Of a stretch of DNA of 59,952 nucleotides, positions 50,113-59,952 are shown piece after piece; position 1 is the stretch's first letter; each line of letters starts with the position of its first letter. The stretch comes from Candidatus Bathyarchaeota archaeon (GTDB lineage: Archaea; Thermoproteota; Bathyarchaeia; Bathyarchaeales; Bathycorpusculaceae), in NCBI GenBank assembly GCA_963768425.1, contig CAVYHV010000024.1, forward strand, positions 1-59,952, in the 5' to 3' direction. A program made the translations under genes and the position numbers. A model generated the notes under the pieces. That model had not been told where the DNA came from. It did no database searches and was given only the letters and a program-made list of their open reading frames with translations.

Positions 50113-50442
50113 GCCAACTTGACAAAGTTCGTGTTCGCGCTTCAAGTTTCGTAGCCTTTTTCCCATAATTCACGTGTTTAGTTGTATTTGAGGATACCAG
50201 TTTTTTGCCAATCCAGCTTGTCACAATATAGACATTGAACATGCTCGACGGTATTGTGCCCCCGGCATCTGTTGTTACGCCATAACCCAGGCAGATGCGT
50301 TTCTAGTAACTCATCAATTGAATAGCAATCCTCAGCGAGACGACGGAGCCTAAGCTTTGAACCTGAAAGATGTGCTGACCAATTTCAACGTTTTTTGATA
50401 GAACCCTGCTAGTTTTTCCCTTTCTCTCCTTTCTTGAAGCAT
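50113..50442 (-). pseudogene. Possible decayed transposase C-terminus
   Basis: Minus frames give ...RRLAEDCYS...RCRGHNTVEHV..., weakly like the DDE C-terminal R..E...RG...H pattern; stops and frameshifts. Confidence 0.3.
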
Positions 50443-50639
50443 GAATTTATTATGCAAACTTCCATTAACGTATAATCTGGGATAAGAGTCAAATGCGCAT
50501 TCTCACTGCAACTACGCTTTGTTTATTTTTCCGTTTTAGGAAATGCATGTGACGCGAGTTAAGGGTTCTTCTGGCAGGATTATTTTTTGGGTAAATTTAT
50601 TATAGGGTTTTGGAGTGGTATATTACTTGTGGGGGTTTT

Positions 50640-52145
50640 ATGCGGGCTTTTAGTTTGGTTGTTTCTTGTTTGGTTTGTTTGTTGGTCGGGGCTGGGACGG
50701 TGGGGGCGTCGCCTCTTGAGGTTTCGGTAAGCCAGAGGTATTCTGACCGTGATTTTACCTCAGCTGTTATCTCGGAGCAACAACTACTGAGTGTTTTGCA
50801 GGCCGCGTATGGGAATTTTGGCTCTGGCAGGGTAGTGCCTCAAGTCGGATCTAACTACTCTCTTGACATTTTCGTCGTGAACGCATCAGATAGTTACCTG
50901 TATGATCCCGAAGCCAATTCGATTTCGATGTTCAGTGCAGCAGCGAACCTGGCTAAGATTAGCCCTGATTTGCTCCAGAGTTGGCAGAGTACCGCAAATG
51001 TGGTTTTGGTCTTAGTCTGGGACCAGACGAAGACGAGTAACCCGTATGTGGTTTCGGTGGAGGCTGGATGTGTGGCACAAAACGTGTATTTGGCGGTGAT
51101 TGGTCAAGGTTTGGGTACGACTTTTGCTGGAACTATCAATTCTAGCGGGTTGCAGAGTGATTTGGGATTGGTAAGTTCGATGGTTCCGATAGCGGTTATG
51201 CCTATTGGTTTTCCCGTCTCCTCTTACACAAGTGCCACCCCCGACTATGGACTCATGACTGGTAATTTGCCGCAGGTGGAGATAAGTGCTGGATCTTTTT
51301 CGGATGCTCTAAGTAGCATGACTTTTGTCCAGTCTTGGGATGGAACAGATTTGTCCCAGCAGAAGCTTTCCCAGTTATTGTGGGCATCATATGGCTATTC
51401 TTCGACAGGGCATCGCACCACACCAAGCGCGAACGACATATATCCGTTAGTGGTTTACGTGTCAAACTCGACGGGAACGTATAGTTATGCACCCGAGAAT
51501 CAATCAGTTTCGCAGGTTCAAACCGGCGATGCGCGCAGCGAGATTGCCAGCGCTTGTGACAATACCGCTTGGGTGGCTGATGCTCCTTCGATTTTTGTAG
51601 TAACGGTAGATTCTTCTTATAACGGTGGGAACACAGGTGATGGAGGCACCTTGGACCATGAATATGTTGAGGTTGACGTTGGGTGTGTGGTGCAGCAGAT
51701 TCTGCTTGAGTCTTCAGTCACAAACCTTTCAGGAAACGCAGTAACAAACGGCTTGGATTCTTGGAATGGAAATGGCGCGCAAGCATTAAGAAACGCGCTT
51801 GGCTTTGCACCGTCCATTATTCCACTCTGTGTTGTGCCTGTCGGTTACGCTGCTGCTATTCCTTCTCCTTCGCCGTCTGCTAGTTCTTCTCCAAGTGGGA
51901 CAGCGGTTCCAAGTACTTTCTCATCTCCGTCGCCATTACCGACGAGTTCACCTTCATCTTCCCAGACTGTGGCGCCGTCTCCTTCAATTCCTGAATTGAT
52001 CCCAGCATACTTAGCGGTGGTCCTAGTGTCTGTGGCAGTTTTTTCGGTTTTGATCTTGAGGAGACATAGGTTTAAGGCATTGAGCTATGTCTTAACCGCC
52101 AAACCAAAGTATTGGGAGGCTGATTTTTTCAGAATTGCAAAATGA
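50640..52145 (+). CDS. Secreted tandem nitroreductase/SagB-like protein with S/P linker and PE-CTERM-like anchor
   Basis: Signal peptide; two domains (QRYS.RDF, EAGCVAQNVYL; LLWA.YG..RTTPSA..YP, VDVGCVVQQI); ends IPEL-TM-RRHR. Confidence 0.8.
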   Translation: MRAFSLVVSCLVCLLVGAGTVGASPLEVSVSQRYSDRDFTSAVISEQQLLSVLQAAYGNFGSGRVVPQVGSNYSLDIFVVNASDSYLYDPEANSISMFSAAANLAKISPDLLQSWQSTANVVLVLVWDQTKTSNPYVVSVEAGCVAQNVYLAVIGQGLGTTFAGTINSSGLQSDLGLVSSMVPIAVMPIGFPVSSYTSATPDYGLMTGNLPQVEISAGSFSDALSSMTFVQSWDGTDLSQQKLSQLLWASYGYSSTGHRTTPSANDIYPLVVYVSNSTGTYSYAPENQSVSQVQTGDARSEIASACDNTAWVADAPSIFVVTVDSSYNGGNTGDGGTLDHEYVEVDVGCVVQQILLESSVTNLSGNAVTNGLDSWNGNGAQALRNALGFAPSIIPLCVVPVGYAAAIPSPSPSASSSPSGTAVPSTFSSPSPLPTSSPSSSQTVAPSPSIPELIPAYLAVVLVSVAVFSVLILRRHRFKALSYVLTAKPKYWEADFFRIAK

Positions 52146-52333
52146 AATTCAGAACCGCTGCATCTTCCAATGGAATGCAACCCACGCCGTCTCGGAGAAG
52201 ACGCTTCGACCAAGAAACGTGAAAGCGCCAAATCCCGGAAAATGCATGAAACTCTGAAATATACAATCGTTCAATTGCATACCTAAAAAGTTTAAATTCA
52301 GAGACATAGTTAAAGAAAACGGAGATCTTATGC

Positions 52334-52849
52334 ATGAGCGTTCTTGATGTCTTAAAGAAGAGGCGCAGTATACGCAAGTACCAGACCAAGCCTGTAGAAA
52401 GCGAGAAAATAACTGAGGTTTTGGACGCAGCAAGATTGGGGCCATCTGCTAATAATCAACAACCCTGCTATTTCATAGTAATTACTAGGCCAGAAGCTAA
52501 AGAAAGCCTAAGGGCAGCCTACAAAGCAGACTGGTTTGTTCAGTCTCCAGTAATAATTGTTGGATGCGCTAACCCAAAAGAAGCTTGGAGACGAGGATCG
52601 TTCGGTGAGGAGTACTGGAAGGTTGACTTGGCAATAGCTTTCCAAAACTTGGTTTTGGCGGCAACCGAATTGGGGCTTGGCACATGTTGGATAGCTGCCT
52701 TTGACGAAAACGCAGTAAAGAACGCTCTAAACATACCTAAGGAAGTTCGAGTAGTGGCTATGACCCCGCTTGGTTACCCAGACGAGGAAAAAGATCCAGT
52801 GACTGACCGAAAACCGCTAGAAAAGATAGTTCACCATGAAAAATGGTGA
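52334..52849 (+). CDS. Nitroreductase family protein
   Basis: RRSIRKY, PSANNQQP, GLGTCWI and LGYP. Confidence 0.95.
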   Translation: MSVLDVLKKRRSIRKYQTKPVESEKITEVLDAARLGPSANNQQPCYFIVITRPEAKESLRAAYKADWFVQSPVIIVGCANPKEAWRRGSFGEEYWKVDLAIAFQNLVLAATELGLGTCWIAAFDENAVKNALNIPKEVRVVAMTPLGYPDEEKDPVTDRKPLEKIVHHEKW

Positions 52850-53072
52850 AAAGAAAGAAACAAAAACAGAAGACAAATCTTAATGACCTATAAACCCCCA
52901 TTGCAAGGTGCTTGAAAATACTCGTAAATGTATTGCTCACAATGATACAACTTGAGCCGCCTTCGGCCACTCATCTGAATCTATGAATAAGGAGCAAAGA
53001 TCTGTAATATTTTTTTAAGCTTAACATAGTACTAATATTCTTCATCTAAGTATAGCTTACTGAGCATTTGGT

Positions 53073-54140
53073 GTGAATTTGACGCGCGTTACCGTCTTAC
53101 TCACTTGTACAGGCGGGGTTATCAGTCCCAGTCATATCGGGAGTCTGCGCGCTAACCCTGATGCCAGACCACTGAAGATAATAGCTACGGACGCGACTGT
53201 GCCTTGCGTTGGTCAATACTTGGCTGACAAATTTTATCAGGTTCCCTTTGGCACCTCGCCGGATTACCTGAGTCGAATGTTAGATATTTGCAGGCACGAA
53301 TCGGTCGATGTTCTTTTTCCTGCATCTCATGAAGAAGCACTTACTCTAACGAAACACAGAGTGGCTTTCACAGAGATTGGAACCGTGATTGCTGCATCCA
53401 GATTTGAAGTGTTGGAAGCATCTTTTAACAAGCAGCTTGCTTATCAGAAGTTAAAGGACTGTGATTTGCCTTGTCCAGAGTTTCGCGCGGTCAAAAGCAT
53501 TGATGAGTTTAAAGCGGCTGCTGTTGAGCTTGGAATCGAAAACAGTAAAGTAGTCATGAAGCCTTCCTTGACTCGAGGTGGACGGGGAGCAAGAATTTTA
53601 ACTAAAGAAAATTTAGCCCGCACTTTGTTAAGTGAGAAAGCTGGGTATCTTGACGCGAACTATGATGAGGTCGTGCAGACGCTTGGCCAGTTAGGCGACG
53701 AGCAGTTTCCTGAACTTGTTTTGATGGAGTATCTTCCTGGGATAATTTACAGTGTTGATTTTTTGGCGAAAAATGGAAAAGCGTTGATTACCGTACCCAA
53801 AGTGAGGCTTGTGGGAAATTCAAGCCAAACAATAGTAGGCGTGGTTAGACGTAACGCAGTAATAGAAGAGTCCGTGGCCCGCATAAGTGAAGCGTTTGGT
53901 TTTGACTACAACGTTAACTTTGAAATGGCTGCTCGTAGCGATGGTACGGTGTTGCCTTTTGATTTTAACCCGCGCATTGCCGCCTCAGTAGCTTTCTGTT
54001 CGGCTGCGGGTGCGAACTTGATTTATTTTGCCTTGAAGATGGCTTTGGGCGAAGAAGTGCCTAAAGTTGAAGTTAAAGACGGCGTAATGATGCTTAGGTA
54101 CTTCAAGGAACTTTATGTAGGCGCGGCTACTGAAGTGTAA
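53073..54140 (+). CDS. ATP-grasp protein (CarB-like)
   Basis: ADKFYQVP, NK, MKP...GGRG, MEYLPG..YSVD and FNPR. Confidence 0.88.
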   Translation: MNLTRVTVLLTCTGGVISPSHIGSLRANPDARPLKIIATDATVPCVGQYLADKFYQVPFGTSPDYLSRMLDICRHESVDVLFPASHEEALTLTKHRVAFTEIGTVIAASRFEVLEASFNKQLAYQKLKDCDLPCPEFRAVKSIDEFKAAAVELGIENSKVVMKPSLTRGGRGARILTKENLARTLLSEKAGYLDANYDEVVQTLGQLGDEQFPELVLMEYLPGIIYSVDFLAKNGKALITVPKVRLVGNSSQTIVGVVRRNAVIEESVARISEAFGFDYNVNFEMAARSDGTVLPFDFNPRIAASVAFCSAAGANLIYFALKMALGEEVPKVEVKDGVMMLRYFKELYVGAATEV

Positions 54141-54142
54141 GT

Positions 54143-54834
54143 ATGGCTCATATCAGCGCTGTTATTTTTGATCTTGACAATGTTCTTTATGATGAGAGAA
54201 ACTATGTTTTCGCGGCTTTTCGCAGCCATTGCTCTTTTTCTTTCTAAATGCTCTCGGTTTTCCAAGGATGAGATTTATTCGAAGTTAGTTTTCGATTTTA
54301 AGCAAAAAGGCAGCATGTATCCGAGGCTCTTCAATGACGCCATTGACGATCTTGGTCTTAATCAAAACCTTGTCCCGGAAATCCTGAAATTGTATGCCAC
54401 AGTGGATTCAAAGATCGAGCTTTTTTCGGAGACAACAAATACGCTTTTTATGCTTAGGCGTCTTGGGCTGAAGCTGGCTCTCGTTACCAACGGCTGTGCT
54501 CAGGCTCAACGTAACAAGGTTCGGTTGCTCGGAATTGAAAATTCTTTTGACGCTATCATTTATGCTCGTGAAACGCAGTTTGCCAAAGAGAAACCCCATC
54601 CAGAGGCCTATATTGCAGCTTTGCAGAAACTTAATGTGAGAGCTAATGAAGCGATTTGTGTTGGCGATAATCCGTCATACTGATTTTTTGGGAGCTAAAC
54701 AGTTGGGCATGCTAACGGTTCGCCTTCTTTGCGGAGAGTTTGCAGATGTCCATTTAAGTGATGAGTACGAAGCTGAAATTGCATTACAGAACATCACTGA
54801 GGTTCCGGACGTTGTTAAGCAGCTTAATCGATAG
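54143..54834 (+). CDS. HAD-family hydrolase (2 frameshifts)
   Basis: VIFDLDNVLYD, LVTNG, KPHP and VGDNP..DF.GA across frames. Confidence 0.85.
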
Positions 54835-54940
54835 ATGCCTTAAAACCCATGTTTGCTACATGAGATTTTCTTTCGTTCAAGCGGTTGACTATTGCGCTTT
54901 CGGAATAAAAGTTAAATCTGAATAAAATAGCAGTAATTGG

Positions 54941-55570
54941 ATGATTAGCATGGTCTATCAGAGCAGGGTCATTTTGGCTGTCGGGGCGCATCCTGACGAT
55001 ATAGAACTGGGATGCGGGGGCACATTACACAAAGCGCGTGAGAATCAGATCCGTGTAATTGCTTTGTACTTAACCAAAGGCGAGAAAAGTGGATCCAAAG
55101 AGGCCCGCATGAAAGAAAGCCAAGATGCGCTAGGCGTTTTGGGTGTCAATGAAGTTTTCTTTGAGGATTATCCAGACACTCAAATACCCGACTCACATGA
55201 GGTTATAGAATGCCTGGAGAAATATGCTGTTAAGTTCAAGCCCCAAGTAGTCCTCACACATACTGTCAATGATATTCATCAAGACCACCGATGTGTAGGT
55301 TGGTTGTCTATGACCGCTTTTAGGGATATTCCAAAGATTCTTTCATTTGAAACCCCTCGGGTTAGGCCTGCTGCGTTCATACCCAACTACTTCGTAGACA
55401 TAAGTGGGAGCGTAGAAAAAAAATGGAAGGCTCTTCAATGTCACGTGTCACAACATGACAAACGATATCTCACTTACGAATCAATGATTAACCTATCATC
55501 TTTCCGCGGGAGTCAAGTCGGCGTCAAAGCAGCCGAAGCGTTCGAAATTGTAAAATACTTGGAAACCTAA
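54941..55570 (+). CDS. PIG-L/LmbE family deacetylase
   Basis: AHPDDIELGCGG, HQDH and CHVSQ. Confidence 0.93.
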   Translation: MISMVYQSRVILAVGAHPDDIELGCGGTLHKARENQIRVIALYLTKGEKSGSKEARMKESQDALGVLGVNEVFFEDYPDTQIPDSHEVIECLEKYAVKFKPQVVLTHTVNDIHQDHRCVGWLSMTAFRDIPKILSFETPRVRPAAFIPNYFVDISGSVEKKWKALQCHVSQHDKRYLTYESMINLSSFRGSQVGVKAAEAFEIVKYLET

Positions 55571-55629
55571 TCGCATGATTGACCAACAACTTTCGGAAAT
55601 ATGTTCAATTATTTTGGAGATGAACTTGT

Positions 55630-56754
55630 ATGAACCATAAGTCTTCATTCCCCTTTTTTGACGACGCCAGCATTGGCTTAATCCTTAAAGACATCGAAGC
55701 CACATTGAGAAACGGAGTTTTAACCGGAGGGCTGCACACAGAGGAACTTGAAACAAAGTTCAGTACCTATTTAAAAGCAAAGCACGCAGTAGCCGTAAGT
55801 TCAGGCGCCACCAGCCTCGAAATTCCTCTCCGCTACTTCGAAGTTAAAGACAAAGAAGTCATAGTCCCAACTAACACCTTTGTCGCCACTCCAAATTCAG
55901 TCGTGCTCGCAGGAGCTAAACCCGTTTTCGCCGACATGAGAGAAGATACATTATGTATAGATCCAGACGATGTAAGGCGCAAAATTTCATCCAAAACAGC
56001 AGCGATAATTGTAGTTCACATAGCCGGTCTTATATGCCCACAGATAGATGAATTTTCAGAGATTTGCAAAGATAACAATTTATTTCTAATAGAAGATTGC
56101 GCTCATGCCCATGGCGCCAAAATTGAAAACAGACAGGCAGGAACCCTTGGTGATGTTGGCTGCTTCTCTTTTGCCCCCACAAAAAACATGACTACCGGAG
56201 AAGGCGGAATTCTAGTAACCGAAAATAGTGGCTTAGCTCAAGCGGCTCGTTTCATGAGAAATCGAGGATTAAACAATGAACGTCTTATGGTGATGCTGGG
56301 GCAAAGCTGGTGCATGAGCGAGATAGACGCAATACTAGGAGTGCACCAACTTGAAAACCTAGAGTATTTTGTGACCAGAAGGAACCACATAGCCAATCAA
56401 TACGATCGTCTCTTAGGAAACGTCAAAGGCATTTCACTATTCAAAACACCCGCCAACATTCGACACAGCTTCCACAAATACCCTGTTAAATGTGATGAAA
56501 ACATAGATGTCGAAAAAGTGGCACAGATTCTTAAGGTGAAATTTGGAATTGAAACTGGCCGCGTTTATTATCCTCCGTGTCACCTTCATCCTTACTACAA
56601 GAAAACTTTTGGAACACGGGAAGGCGATTTTCCTGTGGCTGAGCGTGTGCTGAGGCAAGTTTTGTGTTTGCCTATTCATTTGGGTTTAGTTGACGAACAA
56701 ATCAAGGACATATCTGGCGCCTTCGAAATATCCATCGGAGAATCAAAAAAATGA
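55630..56754 (+). CDS. DegT/DnrJ/EryC1/StrS sugar aminotransferase
   Basis: TFVAT, EDCAHA, SFAPTKNMTTGEGG and LCLP. Confidence 0.95.
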   Translation: MNHKSSFPFFDDASIGLILKDIEATLRNGVLTGGLHTEELETKFSTYLKAKHAVAVSSGATSLEIPLRYFEVKDKEVIVPTNTFVATPNSVVLAGAKPVFADMREDTLCIDPDDVRRKISSKTAAIIVVHIAGLICPQIDEFSEICKDNNLFLIEDCAHAHGAKIENRQAGTLGDVGCFSFAPTKNMTTGEGGILVTENSGLAQAARFMRNRGLNNERLMVMLGQSWCMSEIDAILGVHQLENLEYFVTRRNHIANQYDRLLGNVKGISLFKTPANIRHSFHKYPVKCDENIDVEKVAQILKVKFGIETGRVYYPPCHLHPYYKKTFGTREGDFPVAERVLRQVLCLPIHLGLVDEQIKDISGAFEISIGESKK

Positions 56755-57174
56755 TGGCAACAATTTTCACATCTCGCGAAGCAAGTTCTCAAGACCAAAG
56801 AACTCAAAAGGAATAGAATACTACTCTTCATCTGCCTAAAACTCAGGCTAAACTTGTTTCAATCAATTCTGGCAGACTTGCGCAACTTAACCTTTGAAAG
56901 CTCCAACCATACAAATTTTCTTTCACATGTTCTTGTGCCATTTCACTCCAGCCAGCTGTAACTATGTTACCCGATAGCTTTCATCAGCACCTGAAACAAC
57001 CACGAAAGTCACAAATTTCAAGACTTTTCGTCCAACGCAAATACAACGCACATATACTAGTAGCTATCAAATCCAAAAGTCATTTCCTCTATTATTGCAG
57101 TAATTTTATCAATTTTCTTGTTCACACGTATATCAGTTAATACGAACCAACATTCAAAACTGCTATGAGGGTCG

Positions 57175-57555
57175 GTGGCATTACTTCATGGTGTAACTAA
57201 ACAACTCAAAGTGGACTTCATGGTCAAAATACAAACTGTAATCTGCTCTGCCCTACTTCTTCTAGGAGTGGCAGATTTGCTAACCACAGTGGTCGGTGTA
57301 ACAGGCAAAGGTGCAATTGAAGTTAACCCCCTATTTGCGACGCTCACCCAAACAAACATCATGGCGTTCATGGGTCTAAAAATTTTCACCGTTACGCTTG
57401 CATGCTTAATTTTTCTTGCAGGCGGAAGAATCGCCAAGGCTTCAAGCGGCAATTTCGTAGGCAGATACTTCATGATCATCGCCTCAACCGCCTCTTGTTT
57501 CATAATGACTTCAGTCGTTGCAAACAATGTTCTAGTGCTGTTGAGAATGCCATAA
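57175..57555 (+). CDS. DUF5658-like small membrane protein
   Basis: ADLLTT..G...GA.E.NP...K...V.NN; likely start ATG 57220. Confidence 0.7.
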   Translation: MALLHGVTKQLKVDFMVKIQTVICSALLLLGVADLLTTVVGVTGKGAIEVNPLFATLTQTNIMAFMGLKIFTVTLACLIFLAGGRIAKASSGNFVGRYFMIIASTASCFIMTSVVANNVLVLLRMP

Positions 57556-57679
57556 TAAACCAAAATTCCTATTCTCACAAAAAAACAAAGTAGACTCTGA
57601 AAAATCTGGAATGATATTTTTCAAAAAAGGTAAAAGGAAAAGGGCAAGGGCTTTGAAAGTTGCCAAAATTTGCAAGTGA

Positions 57680-58132
57680 CTATTGTGATCCAGTGAAGAC
57701 TACGTTGAAGCCGAATGTTGAGAGTGAACCAGCGCTTGATGACGCGGCGAGAGTCAATGTTGCTGAGGTTGATGCTCCCACGGCTAAGCTTGATGATGTC
57801 GGTGTCCAAGTTAATGTTAGGTATGTGCCGGCGTTTGCTGGGCTCCAAGTGTTTGTGGACATTGTTAGTGAGCTTTCGGCGACGTTTCCTGTGTTCTTTA
57901 GGTAGACTGTCTGTGTGGCTTGGGTGCCTGGAGCCATGTTTCCGAAGCTTATTGCGGTTAAGGGTGTTGTGCAGCCTGAGTCGCTGTAGACTCCAAGGTT
58001 TATCGCTGTTATGGTTCCGGTGACGGGTACTTGTTGGTTTATGCTTAACAAACCCGCCGTGCATATTACTAACGCCAGAGCAGCTATTCCAATTGCAATT
58101 GTTATTGCTGGGCTGAGTTTTTTGAAGGCCAT
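57680..58132 (-). CDS. Secreted small beta-rich protein, putative filament subunit
   Basis: Signal peptide, then GLLS.NQQVPVTGTI, NLGVYSDSGCT and YLKNTGN. Confidence 0.8.
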   Translation of the reverse strand: MAFKKLSPAITIAIGIAALALVICTAGLLSINQQVPVTGTITAINLGVYSDSGCTTPLTAISFGNMAPGTQATQTVYLKNTGNVAESSLTMSTNTWSPANAGTYLTLTWTPTSSSLAVGASTSATLTLAASSSAGSLSTFGFNVVFTGSQ

Positions 58133-58561
58133 CTTGATCTTATCCCCATGAGTGTATAATAATCCAAGTCTTAAGTATTAATAAACATTACTTATTCAAC
58201 GCCTACACTGTACCAGTGTGCTACAAAAATACAAAACAATCCAAAAAACTTTCAAAAACACCACATTATCGCGGCTCAGAAAATATTTTCAAACTCAAAA
58301 ATCAAACTGCACCCAGCATTTCAAAACCAAACCACAAGAAAAGTGTAATACTTTATGTTTAAACAATTCCAAACTCAAACTAACGACTTCCAACTCAACT
58401 CACCTCATAAAACTGCAACTTTCTTGCAAACACTTAAAAAATAATTAAGGTTTAATTTTTCGAATAATTCTTTTTAATATGTTTCTTTTTTGGAATATGC
58501 TTTATATGCCTTGTTTAATAAGAGAAAGAGCGCAGAGAACGGATATAAATTGGTGACTTGA

Positions 58562-58832
58562 ATGGTTGGCAAAGATCAAGGAATAGGAGGAGCAATACTA
58601 GCTGATAAGCGTAATAGTCGCTTTAGGCTACCTTATCTTGGTGGTTGATCCTGGATTGTTTAACCTTAATTCTGCCAATGTCAGGTTAGATGCTGTTTTG
58701 ATTCTGGTTTCAGCTGCATTCATCGCTATACTAGCCATCGGCGCATGGATAGGTTACACCATGGCAACGACGCCGCCTCCAAAACCGATTCAAGAAATTA
58801 CAGCTGAAGATAAAAAAGAAGACGCAAAATAA
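58562..58832 (+). CDS. Small archaeal membrane protein (frameshifted)
   Basis: KDQGIGGAIL... and AWIGYTMATTPPPKPI; the 5' part is in other frames. Confidence 0.7.
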
Positions 58833-59354
58833 ACGGTCGTGCGTGCGCCAGGCCACTAAAAACTAGACTTTATTTTTTTGTTAGATATTCTTCAAAGGTA
58901 ACTTTGGGGCTTCATAAACTGGACCATTCACGTTTTTTGCAGTTTTGTTTAGCCTAAAATTTCTGCAGCGCTGCCTTTCCTCTTCTTACGTTTTCAGTGC
59001 ACGCTCAACCTTAGGATATAGCACATATATCCCCATTGAAGTGCCGTTGTCATTCTCCAACCAAAACGGGGATAGCGAGCACTTAGTTGTAACGAGACAC
59101 ATCATATCGTTGACAAGAATTAACGGTCTTTGTTGTTACTTTTGATATTCATTTACGCCTCTGGGTTCTGGAAGATTCTGAATACGGTCTGTTAGAACGT
59201 GAGGAGTTTAACTGACGTTATTTTAAATCTACCCAGCCGTAAAACCCCTAACACGCAAAGTTATATAAATCCAAACAGAACAACTGGACAAGGGGTAAGA
59301 GGCATTTTCTATGCTTCTTCAACCCAAAAAACAAAATTAAGGAGAAAAAACAAA

Positions 59355-59952
59355 ATGAAAATCTTAAAAAACAAAATTGTAGCCATTACGATTGTAACAT
59401 TCTTTGTACTTTCAATGATTGCTTCAGTAGCAATGATACCTAATGCAAGCGCGCATACACCTGCCTGGCAGATTCCAACCTTTGCCTACGTACAAGCCGT
59501 GACTAACCCTGTCGGTGTGGGTCAATTAGCAACCATTTACATGTGGGTTAACCAAATACCTGACGGCGCATCACTAGAGAATAACATTCGATTCCAAAAC
59601 TACCAAATCACAATTACTGCACCTGATGGCACAACCATAAAACAGACATTTCCAGTAGTCTCTGACACAACATCAAATCAAGGCTATTCCTTCACTCCCA
59701 GCCAAGTCGGCACATACAAACTCAACTTTACATTTCCAGGCTACACATACACATATACTGGCTTACTCGCGAACCCGTTCGGTGGTCCTCCAGCGCAAAG
59801 TCAGTATTTAGGCGACACTTACATGCCAAGCACTGCATCAGCAACACTTACAGTTCAGCAAGCACCAATACCCGTAATCCCAAATACCCCACTTCCAACG
59901 TCATACTGGACACGCCCAATATACGGTGAAAACCCATACTGGTTCGCGGTTT
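59355..59952 (+). CDS. Large secreted protein, PQQ-like beta-propeller surface family (3' partial)
   Basis: Signal peptide, then IPTFAY...NPVGVGQ, ITAPDG, YSFTP.QVG.Y and PLP.SYWTRPI.GEN; open to the window end; GGAG upstream. Confidence 0.8.
   Translation, partial: MKILKNKIVAITIVTFFVLSMIASVAMIPNASAHTPAWQIPTFAYVQAVTNPVGVGQLATIYMWVNQIPDGASLENNIRFQNYQITITAPDGTTIKQTFPVVSDTTSNQGYSFTPSQVGTYKLNFTFPGYTYTYTGLLANPFGGPPAQSQYLGDTYMPSTASATLTVQQAPIPVIPNTPLPTSYWTRPIYGENPYWFAV

Noticed and set aside
58218-58448. 76-aa Lys/Thr-rich ORF
   Set aside because: It reflects A/C-skewed intergenic DNA between divergent genes; there is no protein-like signal.
1-59952. Integrase or provirus explaining the tRNA fragments
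   Set aside because: No tyrosine or serine recombinase, capsid, terminase or replication gene is recognisable in any ORF.

Overview
Archaeal chromosomal segment, most likely Bathyarchaeia or a related TACK lineage. This is inferred from the unsplit RpoB and RpoA, rpl30e-nusA, a BHB-intron tRNA and the surface protein types. Layout: (1) 2.6-6.5 kb holds four type II toxin-antitoxin pairs (3 VapBC-type, 1 RelBE-type) downstream of an intron-containing tRNA-Leu(CAA). Neighbouring pairs are separated by co-oriented tRNA 3'-end fragments, giving an integron-like cassette array with no recombinase in the window. This is the strongest candidate for an undescribed system. (2) pepF, an N4C/N6A DNA methyltransferase and a small PD-(D/E)XK-like ORF. 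(3) rpoB-rpoA(A'+A'' fused)-rpl30e-nusA without rpoH or rps12/rps7. (4) Regulators, a CheB-CheR-PAS-kinase fusion, trmI and a radical SAM gene. (5) An accessory patch at 30-33.6 kb with two different 10-bp-phased repeat arrays in front of a tandem AbrB-like gene, plus a bacterial-type aroK. (6) A surface-glycosylation island at 35-57 kb with GT2/GT4 genes, DUF2206, IS remnants, GCGCGC motifs at gene ends, putative filament subunits, a secreted double nitroreductase and an ATP-grasp/HAD/PIG-L/DegT cluster. Many genes beyond 35 kb carry small insertions, probably assembly errors. All family calls come from reading motifs by eye; no database search was run.
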